NCBI GenBank assembly: GCA_963728945.1
Contig: CAVSMA010000004.1
Coordinates: 532,710-596,709, forward strand
Direction of reading: 5' to 3'
From: an uncultured Actinomycetota bacterium
GTDB taxonomy: Bacteria; Actinomycetota; Actinomycetes; Mycobacteriales; CADCTP01
DNA length: 64,000 nt
Part shown: positions 35,908 through 46,088 of the stretch, piece after piece
Layout of the letters: each line of letters opens with the position of its first letter
How positions within the stretch are numbered: position 1 is the first letter of the stretch
The notes under the pieces: generated by a model
Seen by the model: only the letters and a program-made list of their open reading frames with translations
What the model was told of the DNA's origin: nothing
Database searches by the model: none
Program-made: the position numbers and the translations under genes

Positions 35908-37151
35908 CCGGCTCCCCTTCCCGCCTTCGTCCCCGTGCCGACCTGCACCGGGGCCGGGCCGGGCCGGGCCGCCGCGGTCACCTCGGTGTCCACCTCGTAC
36001 GGCACCGCGAGCAGGCCGGACTCCTGCCCGCTGCGGACCCAGAAGGTCTGGGCGCTGCGCTCCACGCCGATCGCCGTGCCGTTGCGGTCGTCGACCCGGA
36101 CGGCGACCTGGAAGGCGCCGTGCAGCGGTGGGCAGGCGGCCACCGCGAAGTCGAGCGTCCAGTCGCCTGGCTCGGTCGGCAGCTGGTCGCGCTCGGCGTC
36201 CATCACCCAGACCGGGAAGTCGCCGGCGCCCATGACCACCACCACCACGCCGCCGACGGTGGGCGCCATGGCTGGCGAGACCGACATCCCGACCCTGATC
36301 CCGACCGGGTCGCCGCCGGTGAACTCGCCCCGCTCCCGCCCGGGCACGTCCCCGATCGTGATCGGCCCGAACTCGAGCCCCGGCTCCGGCTCCTCCACCG
36401 GCCCGACGGTGTCCTCGGCCGTGCCGAGCAGCGCCCGCAGCGTGCCGGTGGCGAACTGCGGGTCGCCGTCGAAGACCACCCGGCCGTGGTCGAGCACGAC
36501 GCCGCGGTCGCAGATCTCGTCGACGAGGCTGAGCGAGTGGGTGACGAACAGGATCGTCCGGCCCTCGCGCTGGAACTCGGCGATCTTGTCCAGGCACTTG
36601 CGGGCGAAGGCCTCGTCGCCGACGGCGAGCACCTCGTCCACGAGCAGGATGTCCGGATCGACGTGTACCGCGACGGCGAAGCCGAGCCGGACGTACATGC
36701 CGGACGAGTAGTGCTTGACCGGGTTGTCGATGAACTCCTCGAGCTCGGAGAACTCGACGATCGAGTCGAACAGCCCGTCGGTCTCCTTGCGGGAGAGCCC
36801 GAGCAGCGACGCGTTGAGGTAGATGTTGTCCCGGCCGGACAGCTCGCCGTTGAAGCCGGCGCCCAGCTCGAGCAGCGACGACACCCGCCCGTTGACCTCG
36901 ACCGTGCCCGTGGTCGGTCGCAGGATCCCGGTGAGGATCTTCAGCAGCGTCGACTTGCCCGACCCGTTGTGCCCGATCAGCCCGACCGTCTGACCGGCGG
37001 CGATCTCGAGGTTCACGTCCCGCAGGGCCTCGAACGGCTCAGCCGTGCCGTGGCCCATCCGCAGGATGCGCTCCTTGAGGCTGGTGGCCCGGCCGGTGCC
37101 GCGGAAGCTCTTGCCGACTCCGCGAGCCCGGATGGCGATCTCGCCGCCCAC
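35904..37151 (-). CDS. wzt: polysaccharide-export ABC transporter ATP-binding protein (Wzt/TagH type) with ~165-aa C-terminal extra domain
   Basis: Walker A GHNGSGKST, signature YSSGM, Walker B ILLVDE. The C-terminal part is beta-rich (Wzt_C-like position). Confidence 0.85.
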   Translation of the reverse strand: MGGEIAIRARGVGKSFRGTGRATSLKERILRMGHGTAEPFEALRDVNLEIAAGQTVGLIGHNGSGKSTLLKILTGILRPTTGTVEVNGRVSSLLELGAGFNGELSGRDNIYLNASLLGLSRKETDGLFDSIVEFSELEEFIDNPVKHYSSGMYVRLGFAVAVHVDPDILLVDEVLAVGDEAFARKCLDKIAEFQREGRTILFVTHSLSLVDEICDRGVVLDHGRVVFDGDPQFATGTLRALLGTAEDTVGPVEEPEPGLEFGPITIGDVPGRERGEFTGGDPVGIRVGMSVSPAMAPTVGGVVVVVMGAGDFPVWVMDAERDQLPTEPGDWTLDFAVAACPPLHGAFQVAVRVDDRNGTAIGVERSAQTFWVRSGQESGLLAVPYEVDTEVTAAARPGPAPVQVGTGTKAGRGAG

Positions 37152-38006
37152 TCAGAGCTCCTCGGCGAAGTCCGCCGACAGCCGGTGGTAGAGCCACAGG
37201 CCGAGCGCCAGCACCGCGGCCGAGACGAGCGCGCCGATGCCCAGCTTCTCCAGGTAGAAGGCGTACCCGTCGGCGGCGAGGACGGTGCTGCCGCCCGGCA
37301 GCGTCGGGTTCTGCGCGTAGATCGCGCGCTGCATCGCGACCACGACGCCGGCCATCGGGTTGAGGAAGTAGGCCCAGTAGAGATCGCCGAGCTCGGTCTT
37401 CACCAGCGACACCGAGTAGACGATCGGGTTGATCCAGAAGCCGGCCATGAGCACGACCTCGACCACGTGCTGGGTGTCCCGGTAGCGCACGTTGAGCCCG
37501 GCGACCAGGAACGAGACCGCGACCGTGAACAGCAGGGCGACCGCGATCGCCGGCACGGCCAGCAGCAGGTTCGGTCCGGCGAACTCGGTGTTGCCGGTCA
37601 CCGCCATCACCACGAGCAGCACGAACAGTTGCAGCACGAAGTGCACGAGCGCGAACCCGACCTGGGACAGCGGCAGCACCGACAGCGGGAACCGGACCTT
37701 CTTCACCAGCCCCGAGTTGCCGACGACGGCGGCGGTCGAGGTGCCCACCGCGCCGGCGAACATGTTCCACACCAGCAGGCCGGAGAGCAGGTAGAAGCCG
37801 AACTGCGGGATGCCGGACTTCAGCACCACCTGGAAGACGAACGTGTAGACGACCAGCAGCAGCAGCGGGTTGGCCAGCGACCAGAGGAAGCCCAGCACGC
37901 TGCCCTGGTATTTGACCTTGAGGTCCTTGCGGACCAGGCCGACCAGCAGCTCCCAGCGGACCCGGCCCTGGGCACGCGACCGCTCCCGGCTGGTCGTCGT
38001 CACCAT
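37152..38006 (-). CDS. wzm: ABC-2 type polysaccharide-export permease (Wzm type)
   Basis: ELLVGLVRKDLKVKYQGSVLGFLWSLANPLL, six TM helices. Stop directly abuts the wzt start. Confidence 0.85.
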   Translation of the reverse strand: MVTTTSRERSRAQGRVRWELLVGLVRKDLKVKYQGSVLGFLWSLANPLLLLVVYTFVFQVVLKSGIPQFGFYLLSGLLVWNMFAGAVGTSTAAVVGNSGLVKKVRFPLSVLPLSQVGFALVHFVLQLFVLLVVMAVTGNTEFAGPNLLLAVPAIAVALLFTVAVSFLVAGLNVRYRDTQHVVEVVLMAGFWINPIVYSVSLVKTELGDLYWAYFLNPMAGVVVAMQRAIYAQNPTLPGGSTVLAADGYAFYLEKLGIGALVSAAVLALGLWLYHRLSADFAEEL

Positions 38007-38340
38007 TGCGTACGGTTCCTCGCGCTCTCTAGCTCGTCGGGGAGGTCCGCGCCGGCGCGGGGGCGGGACTGTCAACCCTAGCTTGTGCTGCTGTCCGAGA
38101 CCGGCGGCTACCCTTCCCGGCATGGAACAGCCAGACGCCCGCCGGCACCCAGCGGCTGCCGGCACCGGCTGCAGCCGGACGACCGGCCGGCCCGGACGCG
38201 ACCGCGCGCGGCGGTCGGACGGCCGGCCACCGGTGGTGCCTGGCGGGACGATGCCGGCGGCACGCGGATCGGGCTGACCCGCGGACGGCCGACCGGCGCC
38301 CAGCCGACCGGCACGGCCAGCCGCGCCGGGCACGCCGCTG

Positions 38341-40366
38341 GTGGTCGCCGCCGCCGCAGGGCGGCGGTGGGGGCACGGTCGCGGACCGCTCGGTGCCCGT
38401 GATCTCGGCGCGGCGGCGGTGGTCGGCGTGCTGGCGACGGTCGCGCTCGGCGACCGCGCACCTCGGCGATGTTCGGGCCGGGCTGGTGCTTCGGTGGTGA
38501 CCGCAGTGCTCGTCGTCGGCCTGGCGCGCTGGCCCGGTCGCGGGCCGCCGCGTTGCCCCGGGTCGCGCTCGACCCGGCCGGGCTGCTGCCGGTCGCGGCC
38601 GGCGGTGTGCTGGCGCTGGTGCATGTTCCTGCCCGGCTTCCACTACGCGACCGGTGACAAGCCGACCCCGGCGTGTACGTCATGCACGCGATGGCGATCG
38701 CCCGGGGCCACTCGGTCTGGATCCACGACCCGCTGCTGGCCGCGGCGACCTGCCGGTGCAGGTGGCCGCGCCGGGCGCCCGCTTCCCGGGCATCTGGATC
38801 TCCGACGCCGCTACCGGGACGATCTTGCCGCAGTTCTACCACCTGTGGCCGGCGCTGCTGGCGACCTCGTACACGCCGGCGGGTACGGCGCGCTGGTCGC
38901 GACGACCCCGCTGCTCGGCGTGCTCGGCGTCATGCTCACGGCGTGGTGGCTCGGCGGATCGCCGGCCCGGTGGCCGGCTGGGCGGCCGCGCTGCTCTGAG
39001 CACGAACATGATGCAGGTCTGGCAGGCGAAGTATCCGACGACCGAGATCCTCTGCCAGGTCCTGTTCGTCGGTGCGCTGCTCGGCGTGCTGCTGGCGGTG
39101 CAGACCCGGTGGCGGTGGCCGGCACTGGTGGCCGGCCTGCTGGTGGCATCGGCTACCTCGGCCGGCCGGACGCGATCCTGCTCGTCCTGTTCGCGGTCGG
39201 GCATGCTGGCGCTGCTGTGGGTGCTGCGCCGGTGGGACGCCGGGCCGGGTGGTTCGCGGTCGGTCTGGCGTCGTCCTGCCGTACGCGCTCTGGCAGGCGT
39301 ACGGGCCGGCCGGGACGTACACGGCGGGCCAACAACGTGCCCGGGCCTGGCGGCCATGGTCGGACTGATCGCGGTCTGCGCGGTCGGGGCGCTGGTGCTG
39401 CGCCCCTGCTTGCCCGGGCGGTCCGCCGGTTCGACGGGCTGCTGGACCGGGCCCGGGCCAGGCTCTGGTTCGGCGGGCTGGTCACCCTCGTGGCGGTGGG
39501 CCTGTTCGCGCTGGGCCGGGTGCGCGAGCGGCTGTTCGGCGCCGACTACGTGAGTCGGGCCCGAACCTAATCCGCACGTTCGACGAGATCAACCTGCAGC
39601 GGCTGTCCTGGTTCTTCACCTGGCCCGGTATGCTGCTGATGCTGGCCGGGATCGGCGTGGTCGCGCTGCGCCGGCGCTGGTCGCCGTCGGCCTGGCTGCT
39701 GATCCTGCCGACCGTGGTGATGCTGGTGTTCTACGTCTGGCACTGCCGCAACTCGCCCTATTACATGTGGGTGGGCCGCCGGTACATGCCCTCGGTGGTG
39801 CCGGGCATGGTGCTGCTCATCGGGCGTCGCGCTGGCGGCGCTGTGGATCTGGAAGATGCGCGGCCGGCTGCGGCTCGGCGTACCGCTCGCAGTCGCGCTG
39901 ATGGCGTTCGTCGGCGCCATGCAACTGTGCCAGTCGCTGCCGCTGCGCTGGCACGACGAGCTGGGCGGGTCGTACCGGATGACCAGTCGCTCGCCGCGCT
40001 GTCCGGCGCCGAGAAGGGCGTCTACCTGTGGGCGCCGGCGACGAACTGCTGCGCGCATCCGTCGAGATGTTCGGCTCGCCGGTCTGGCTGATCGGCGGAC
40101 GAGGACAGCGCGCTGCTGCCGTCGGCCCCGGCGGGGTCGGTCCCGTACGTCCAGCAGTACGCGCAGACCTTCCCGGACCGGCCGCTGTTCCTCGTCTACG
40201 AGGCCGGGACGGCGGTGCCGCAGCTGCCCGGGCTGGAGACGGACGCCGGTGGCGGCGGTTCGCCGGGACGATGCCGCACTGGGTGGAGAGCAGCACCAGC
40301 CGACCGGACAAGGCGGTGCAGGTCCCGTACGACTTCACCGTCTACCGGGTGACCCCGGCGCTGTAG
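38341..40366 (+). pseudogene. large polytopic membrane protein gene (GT-C/ArnT-like suspected) broken by very many frame changes
   Basis: Protein-like pieces alternate among all three + frames:
- FHYATGD
- ADPGVYVMHAMAIARGHSVWIHDPLLAAA
- DLPVQVAAPGARFPGIWISDAATGTILPQFYHLWPALLATSYT
- GYGALVATTPLLGVLGVMLTAWWLGG
- RIAGPVAGWAAALL
- LSTNMMQVWQAKYPTTEILCQVLFVGALLGVLLAV
- ...NLIRTFDEINLQRLSWFFTWPGMLLMLAGIGVV...
- ...MPHWVESSTSRPDKAVQVPYDFTVYRVTPAL*. Confidence 0.7.
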
Positions 40367-40383
40367 CAGCGGGCCGGACCGCG

Positions 40384-40495
40384 CCGGGCCCGCTGCCCCG
40401 GGAATCGTGCCCCCCGGCCCGCTGGACCGTGCCCGGCCCGCTGGACCGTGCCCGGCTCGCTACCCCGGAAAGGGGCCCGGCCCGCTGCCGGGACC
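40384..40495. repeat. degenerate ~19-bp repeats (CCCGGCCCGCTGGACCGTG x2 plus about three diverged copies) between convergent gene ends
   Basis: Read directly; includes the small hairpin CCCCGGAAAGGGG. Confidence 0.6.
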
Positions 40496-40519
40496 GGCCG
40501 GGCCCGCGGCGAGCGGCGG

Positions 40520-41581
40520 TCAGACCCGGCGGAACCAGAACGAGCCGGGGAACCGGGTGTTCCGGTCGTAGGACTCCAGCGCCTTCTCCAGCTCGTCCGG
40601 GTGCCGGCGGTGCATCCAGTTGCTCGCCCAGACGACCTCGACGTGCGCGTTGTCGGTGAGGAACGCCTGCAGCAGGTATTGCTCGTTCCAGAACCGGTGC
40701 TCCTCGCCGTACACCCAGTCCTTCGGGTATTCGCCCGGCAGGAAGATGTCGTGCACGTGCACCAGCACGCCGGGCCGCAGCCGCGGCAGCACCTCGAGGA
40801 ACTCGTACTGGACGTCGCTGCCGATCTTCAGCACGTGCGACGAGTCGATGAACAGGATGTCGTTCTCACCGAGCGACGAGAACGTGTCCATCGGCACGCC
40901 CTGCACCTGCTCGTCGACGAGCGTCGCGTCGGCGTGCGCGGTGATCGCGTCCTTGACGAACGCGTGCGGGTACGGCTCGATCGCGGTCAGCGTGCCCGGC
41001 GACCCCTCGGCCTTGTTGAGGTCGAGCGCGGCCATCGAGACGAGCGTCGACCAGCCGGAGCCGATCTCCACGATGCGGCCCGGCTTGTGCATCCGGACCA
41101 TCGAGTGCAGCGCCTCGGCGTCGACCGACTCGAACGCGCCGTTGTCCACGAAGTACTGCCCCGGGCCGGCGTCCTCCTGCCGGCGCGGCAGCGCGTTGAG
41201 CTCGGTGCCGAACCGGCCGACCGCGTCGGTCAGGAACGCCAGCTGGGCCTCGTCCCGCATGTCGATGCCGGGCAGCTCGGACTCGGTGGTCCACAGCGAG
41301 TCGGGCAGCACCCTGGTGTCCGGGATCACCGAGTAGAAGTGGTTCGGGGTCAGGTGCCAGCCATGCTGCTCCCACACCTCGAACGGGATCTCGGCGCCGC
41401 GGCGGATCACCTCGGGCGCGTCCACCGGCACGGTCGCGGACCGCTCGTCCGGCGGCAGCACCAGGTTGGCGACCCGCTCGCGGAAGCCCTTCGGCATGCT
41501 CCGCACGGTCGTCGCGACGCCGTGCTTGACCCGTCGGGCGAGGGTCCGGTCGTCCTGGGAGCCCGAAGGCATGTGCACCAT
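40520..41581 (-). CDS. class I SAM-dependent methyltransferase (Methyltransf_24 / sugar or natural-product O-methyltransferase-like)
   Basis: RIVEIGSGWSTLV, ILFIDSSHVLKIGSDV, HVHDIFLPGEYP. Confidence 0.7.
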   Translation of the reverse strand: MVHMPSGSQDDRTLARRVKHGVATTVRSMPKGFRERVANLVLPPDERSATVPVDAPEVIRRGAEIPFEVWEQHGWHLTPNHFYSVIPDTRVLPDSLWTTESELPGIDMRDEAQLAFLTDAVGRFGTELNALPRRQEDAGPGQYFVDNGAFESVDAEALHSMVRMHKPGRIVEIGSGWSTLVSMAALDLNKAEGSPGTLTAIEPYPHAFVKDAITAHADATLVDEQVQGVPMDTFSSLGENDILFIDSSHVLKIGSDVQYEFLEVLPRLRPGVLVHVHDIFLPGEYPKDWVYGEEHRFWNEQYLLQAFLTDNAHVEVVWASNWMHRRHPDELEKALESYDRNTRFPGSFWFRRV

Positions 41582-41714
41582 CCTTCTGCGCGGAGGAACG
41601 CGGGGCCCGCGGGTCCCGCGTGGATCGCAGCAGTATGCCCTACCGCTGGATCCGGCCCCGCCGCGTACACAACGTACCGGCGTGTTCGCCCACCGTAGCT
41701 GGAGGCCGCCGCCG

Positions 41715-42098
41715 CTAGCCGACCGGGGGCACCCGGCGGCGCAGCAGGCAGAACTCGTTGCCCTCGGGGTCGGCGAGCACGTGCCAGGACTCAGCGCCGG
41801 TCTGGCCCACGTCGGCCGGGCGGGCGCCGAGCGCGAGCAGCCGCTCCAGCTCCGCGGCCTGGTCCCGGTCGGTCGCGTTCACGTCGAGGTGCAGGCGCAG
41901 CTTGTCCCGCTTCGGGTCGGTGCTGGCGCTCAGCACCAGCACCGGCTGCGCGCCGCCGGCGCCGCCCTCCGGTCCGATCTCGATGGCCTCGTTGCCGTCC
42001 CGGTCAAGCACCTTCCAGCCGAGCACCTCGCACCAGAAGCCCGCGAGCCGCTCGGGATCCCTGCAGTCCAGCACCAGTTCGGTGATCCGACACGCCAT
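41715..42098 (-). CDS. VOC/glyoxalase-family protein
   Basis: MACRITELVLDCRDPERLAGFWCEVLGW...RLHLDV...LADPEGNEFCLL. Confidence 0.75.
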   Translation of the reverse strand: MACRITELVLDCRDPERLAGFWCEVLGWKVLDRDGNEAIEIGPEGGAGGAQPVLVLSASTDPKRDKLRLHLDVNATDRDQAAELERLLALGARPADVGQTGAESWHVLADPEGNEFCLLRRRVPPVG

Positions 42099-42172
42099 CG
42101 CGCGACCGTACCGGCCGGGTCCGACACCAGGCGGCGGCCGACTCAGTGCCGGCAGGTAGTGGGGAACACCCC

Positions 42173-44899
42173 TCAGGCAGTGCCGGCGAGGGCGGCGGCC
42201 AGCTCGGTCCGGGAGGCGATGCCGAGCTTCGTGTAGACGTGCCGCAGGTGGTATTCGACCGTCTTGGGGCTGAGGAACAGCGCGGCCGCGGTCTCCCTGG
42301 TGGTCCGGCCCTCGGCCAGCAGCAGCGCGATCTGCAGCTCGCGCGGGGTCAGCGCCGCCCGCTCGTCGCCGCCGCGGCGGGCCACCGTCTCGCCGGTCGC
42401 CTCCAGCTCGACCGCGGCGAGGTCGGCCCACGGCCGGGCGCCGAGCCGCTCGAAGCAGTCCAGCGCCTCGCGCAGCGGCCCGCGGGCGTCCGACCGGCGC
42501 CGGGCCCGCCGCAGCCGGGCGCCGTAGACCAGCTTGGTCCGGGCCGACTCGAACACGTCCGGCGTCCGCGCGTGCAGCGCGAACGCCTCGGCGAACCGGT
42601 CGTCCAGCTCGTCCCAGCCGCACAGCAGCCCGCGCAGCCGGGCGGCCCTGGCCTGCGCCCACGGCAGCGCCTTGGCCGCGGCGGCCGCCCCGTACCGGGC
42701 GGCCAGCTCGGCCGCCTCCTCGGTCCGGCCGCTGCGCAGGTAGGCCTCGACCAGGTCCGGCGCCGGCGAGACGTCCGGGTCGCCGATGTCGAGCTCGGCC
42801 AGCAGGTCGACCAGCCCGGACAGCCGCTCGACCGCGGCCGGCACGTCGCCGGAGACCAGCGCCAGCTCGCCCTGCGAGTACTCGGCCCAGACCCGGGCGA
42901 TCGAGACCGGGTTGCTGGCGCACAGCGCCAGCGCCTCCTCGGCGTGCGCGCGGCAGGCGTCCGCGTGCCCCTGCCGCGCCTCCAGCCAGGACAGCCCGGC
43001 CAGCAGCAGCGCCAGCATCGTGGTCTGGCCGAGCTCCCGGGCCAGCCCGATCCCCTCGCCGTAGTCGGCCGCGGCGAGGCTCCAGTGGTCGGTCGTCGCG
43101 CCGTCCCGGGCGATCGTGAACAGCAGCCCGGGCAGCGTCCCGACGGCCGAGCGGGCCCGGCCCTGCTCCAGCGCCGCCCGCACCAGCGTCCGGCCGGTGT
43201 CGGACTCGCGCAGGAACAGCGGTCCGAGCATCAGCCACTCCGTGCGCATCGGGGCGCCGGCCGGGTCGTCGATGGCGGTGAGCAGCTCCACCCCGGAGCG
43301 GATCAGCTCCCCGCCGGGCCGCCCGGCGAACACGTTCGCCATACCGGTGGCGAGCATGCCGACCGCGCGGGCGCTGTCGGTCAGCGGCCGGTCCAGCAAC
43401 TGCTGCGCCCGCCCGCACGCGGCGAGGGCGGCCTTGGCGTCGGAGGACAGCACGCTCGCCCACACCGCCTCGGTGAGCAGCACCATCGCCCGGGACGGGT
43501 CGTCGGCCAGCAGCGTGGCTGCCTCGACCTGCAGCCGATACGCCCGCTCCGGCGAGCCGCAGGAGACCTCGATGTCCCCGCGCAGGCCGAGCGTCTCGCC
43601 CCGCACCCGCGCCGGCGGGTCCAGCTCGGGCACGCCGGCCAGCAGCGCCAGGGCCCAGGCCGCCTCTCCGCCGCGCCAGGCCGAGCCGCCGGCCGCGAGC
43701 AGCCGGCGGGCCCGGTCGACGGTATCGGCGGTCAGCTGCGCCGCCCGCTCGTACGCGGTCGCCGCGACCGCGTGCGCGCCCCGGCTGGCGGCCCGGTCGC
43801 CGGCGGTCTCCAGCGCCGCCGCGGCGGTGTCGTCCGGCCCGAACGCGGCGTGCGCCAGGTGCCAGGCCCGGCGGTCGACGTCGCCCTCCGGCACCGAGGT
43901 GGCCAGCGCGCGGTGCACGGTGCGGCGGTCGCCCGGGTCGGCGGCCGCGTAGACCGAGGCCCGGGCCAGCGGGTGGGCGAACTCGACCCGGCCGGACCGG
44001 ATCGTCACCAGCGCGGCCCGCTCGGCCGCGGCCAGGCCGCCGACGTCGAGGCCGAGGGCCGCGCAGGCCCGGGCCATCACGGCAAGGTCGCCGTCGCCGG
44101 CCGCGGCGACCAGCAGCACCCGGTGCGTGTCCGGGTCGAGCCCGGCGGCGCGGCGGGCGAACCAGGCCGCGATCCGGGCCGGCACCGGCACCGGCACGCC
44201 CGGGGTCACCTCCCGGAGCCGGTCCGGCTCGGCGATCAGCGCGATCACCGCCAGCGGGTTGCCGCCGGTGGCCCGGTGCACCTGGGTGAGCGCGGCGGCC
44301 GGGACGTGGCTGCCGTGCTCGCGGGCCAGCTGGCCGGTGCCGGCGAGGTCTAGCCCGGTCAGCGTCAGGGTGGGCAGGCCCGCCTCGAGCAGCGCGCCCG
44401 GCTCGCCGAGCCGGGCGGCGGCCAGCACGAACACCGGGTCGGCGAGCAGCCGGCGGCAGGCGAACGCCAGCGCCTCCGCCGACGGCCGGTCGAGCAGGTG
44501 GGCGTCGTCGACGAGCAGCCCGAGCGGGCCGTCCTCGCTCCACCCGACGAGCAGGCTGAGCACCGCGGCGCCGACCGCCAGCCGGTCCGCGACCGGGCCG
44601 GAGCGCAGTGCCAGCGCGACGCCGAGGGCCTGGGCCTGCGGCGCCGGCAGCCGGTCCAGGTCGACGGCGGTCGGCCGGAACAGCTGGGCCAGCCCGCCGA
44701 ACGGCACGTCCCGCTCGGCCTCGGAGCCGGTCGCCCGCAGCAGCCGTGCGCCGGTCGCCACCGAGCCGGCGTACGCCAGCAGCGACGTCTTGCCGATCCC
44801 GGCCTCGCCGGTGAGCACGAGCACCCCGCTGTGACCGAGCCGGGCGCCGGCCACGAGGGCGTCGACGGCCTGCCGCTCGGCGTCCCGCCCGACGAGCAC
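42173..44899 (-). CDS. large ATP-binding LuxR-family regulator (LAL/MalT-like STAND: AAA + helical repeats + C-terminal HTH)
   Basis: LVGRDAERQAVDAL...VLVLTGEAGIGKTSLL (Walker A), LLVDDAHLLD. C-terminal LTPRELQIALLLAEGRTTRETAAALFLSPKTVEYHLRHVYTKLGI. Confidence 0.85.
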   Translation of the reverse strand: MLVGRDAERQAVDALVAGARLGHSGVLVLTGEAGIGKTSLLAYAGSVATGARLLRATGSEAERDVPFGGLAQLFRPTAVDLDRLPAPQAQALGVALALRSGPVADRLAVGAAVLSLLVGWSEDGPLGLLVDDAHLLDRPSAEALAFACRRLLADPVFVLAAARLGEPGALLEAGLPTLTLTGLDLAGTGQLAREHGSHVPAAALTQVHRATGGNPLAVIALIAEPDRLREVTPGVPVPVPARIAAWFARRAAGLDPDTHRVLLVAAAGDGDLAVMARACAALGLDVGGLAAAERAALVTIRSGRVEFAHPLARASVYAAADPGDRRTVHRALATSVPEGDVDRRAWHLAHAAFGPDDTAAAALETAGDRAASRGAHAVAATAYERAAQLTADTVDRARRLLAAGGSAWRGGEAAWALALLAGVPELDPPARVRGETLGLRGDIEVSCGSPERAYRLQVEAATLLADDPSRAMVLLTEAVWASVLSSDAKAALAACGRAQQLLDRPLTDSARAVGMLATGMANVFAGRPGGELIRSGVELLTAIDDPAGAPMRTEWLMLGPLFLRESDTGRTLVRAALEQGRARSAVGTLPGLLFTIARDGATTDHWSLAAADYGEGIGLARELGQTTMLALLLAGLSWLEARQGHADACRAHAEEALALCASNPVSIARVWAEYSQGELALVSGDVPAAVERLSGLVDLLAELDIGDPDVSPAPDLVEAYLRSGRTEEAAELAARYGAAAAAKALPWAQARAARLRGLLCGWDELDDRFAEAFALHARTPDVFESARTKLVYGARLRRARRRSDARGPLREALDCFERLGARPWADLAAVELEATGETVARRGGDERAALTPRELQIALLLAEGRTTRETAAALFLSPKTVEYHLRHVYTKLGIASRTELAAALAGTA

Positions 44900-44992
44900 G
44901 GGTCCAGTCTGGACTAGGGGGGCACCCGGATGCGATCGAATCCGCTCCCCGGCGAGCGTGAGGGCACACCCGATGCCCGAGGAGGCACAGCA

Positions 44993-46066
44993 ATGACCAC
45001 CACCGCCCCGCCGGCCCTCGACCCGGACAAGCTGATGGCGTTCGTCTTCCGCGCCGTCGACGAGGTCGGCGCCACGCTCAACACCGCGCTGGTCGTGATG
45101 GGGGACAAGCTCGGCTACTACCGGCTGCTCGCCGAGGGCCCGCTGACCGCGGCCCAGCTGGCCGAGCGGTCCGGCACCGGCAGCCACTACGCCCGGGAGT
45201 GGCTCAACGCGCAGGCCGCGGGCGGCTACGTGAGCTACGACCCGGCCACCGGGCAGTACACGCTGCCGCCCGAGCTCGTCGTCGCGCTGACCGATGAGTC
45301 GAGCCCGGCGTACCTGCCCGGCTTCTTCCAGATCGCATACGGCACCGTCCGGGACGCCGACAGCATCCTGGCCGTGGCGCGGGCCGGCGACGGGGTCGGC
45401 TGGCACGACCACAACGGGGACGTGCACGACGGCTGCGAGCGGTTCTTCCGCACCATGTACAACGGCCACCTCATCGGCGAGTGGCTGCCGGCGCTCGACG
45501 GGGTCGTGGCCAAGCTGCAGGCCGGCGGCACGGTCGCGGACATCGGCTGCGGGCACGGCGCGTCGACCGTGCTGATGGCGCAGGCGTTCCCGGCCTCGCG
45601 GTTCCACGGCTCGGACTACCACCGCGGGTCGATCGACACCGCGCGCGAGCGGGCGAGCACGGCCGGCGTCGGCGGGCGGATCGAGTTCGAGGTGGCGAGC
45701 GCCCAGCAGTTCACCGGCACCGGCTACGACCTGGTCACCACCTTCGACGCGCTGCACGACATGGGCGACCCGATCGGCGCCGCCCGGCACGTGTACGAGA
45801 GCCTCGCCGACGACGGCACCTGGATGATCGTCGAGCCCGCCGCGGGCGACGCGATCGAGCAGAACCTCACTCCGGTCGGCCGGGCGTACTACGGCTTCTC
45901 CACCCTGCTGTGCACGCCGTCCTCGCTGGCCCAGGAGGTCGGGCTCGCGCTCGGCACCCAGGCCGGCCCGGCCCGCATCAAGGACGTCATCACCAGCGCG
46001 GGCTTCACCCGGTTCCGGATCGCGGCGCAGACTCCGTTCAACAACGTCCTGGAGGTGCGCAAGTGA
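44993..46066 (+). CDS. class I SAM-dependent methyltransferase with N-terminal winged-helix dimerisation domain (Rv2258c-like architecture)
   Basis: ATG after GAGGAGG. VADIGCGHGAS, DLVTTFDALHDMGDP. Confidence 0.75.
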   Translation: MTTTAPPALDPDKLMAFVFRAVDEVGATLNTALVVMGDKLGYYRLLAEGPLTAAQLAERSGTGSHYAREWLNAQAAGGYVSYDPATGQYTLPPELVVALTDESSPAYLPGFFQIAYGTVRDADSILAVARAGDGVGWHDHNGDVHDGCERFFRTMYNGHLIGEWLPALDGVVAKLQAGGTVADIGCGHGASTVLMAQAFPASRFHGSDYHRGSIDTARERASTAGVGGRIEFEVASAQQFTGTGYDLVTTFDALHDMGDPIGAARHVYESLADDGTWMIVEPAAGDAIEQNLTPVGRAYYGFSTLLCTPSSLAQEVGLALGTQAGPARIKDVITSAGFTRFRIAAQTPFNNVLEVRK

Positions 46067-46088
46067 CGACGCGGGGAGTTGCGACGCG

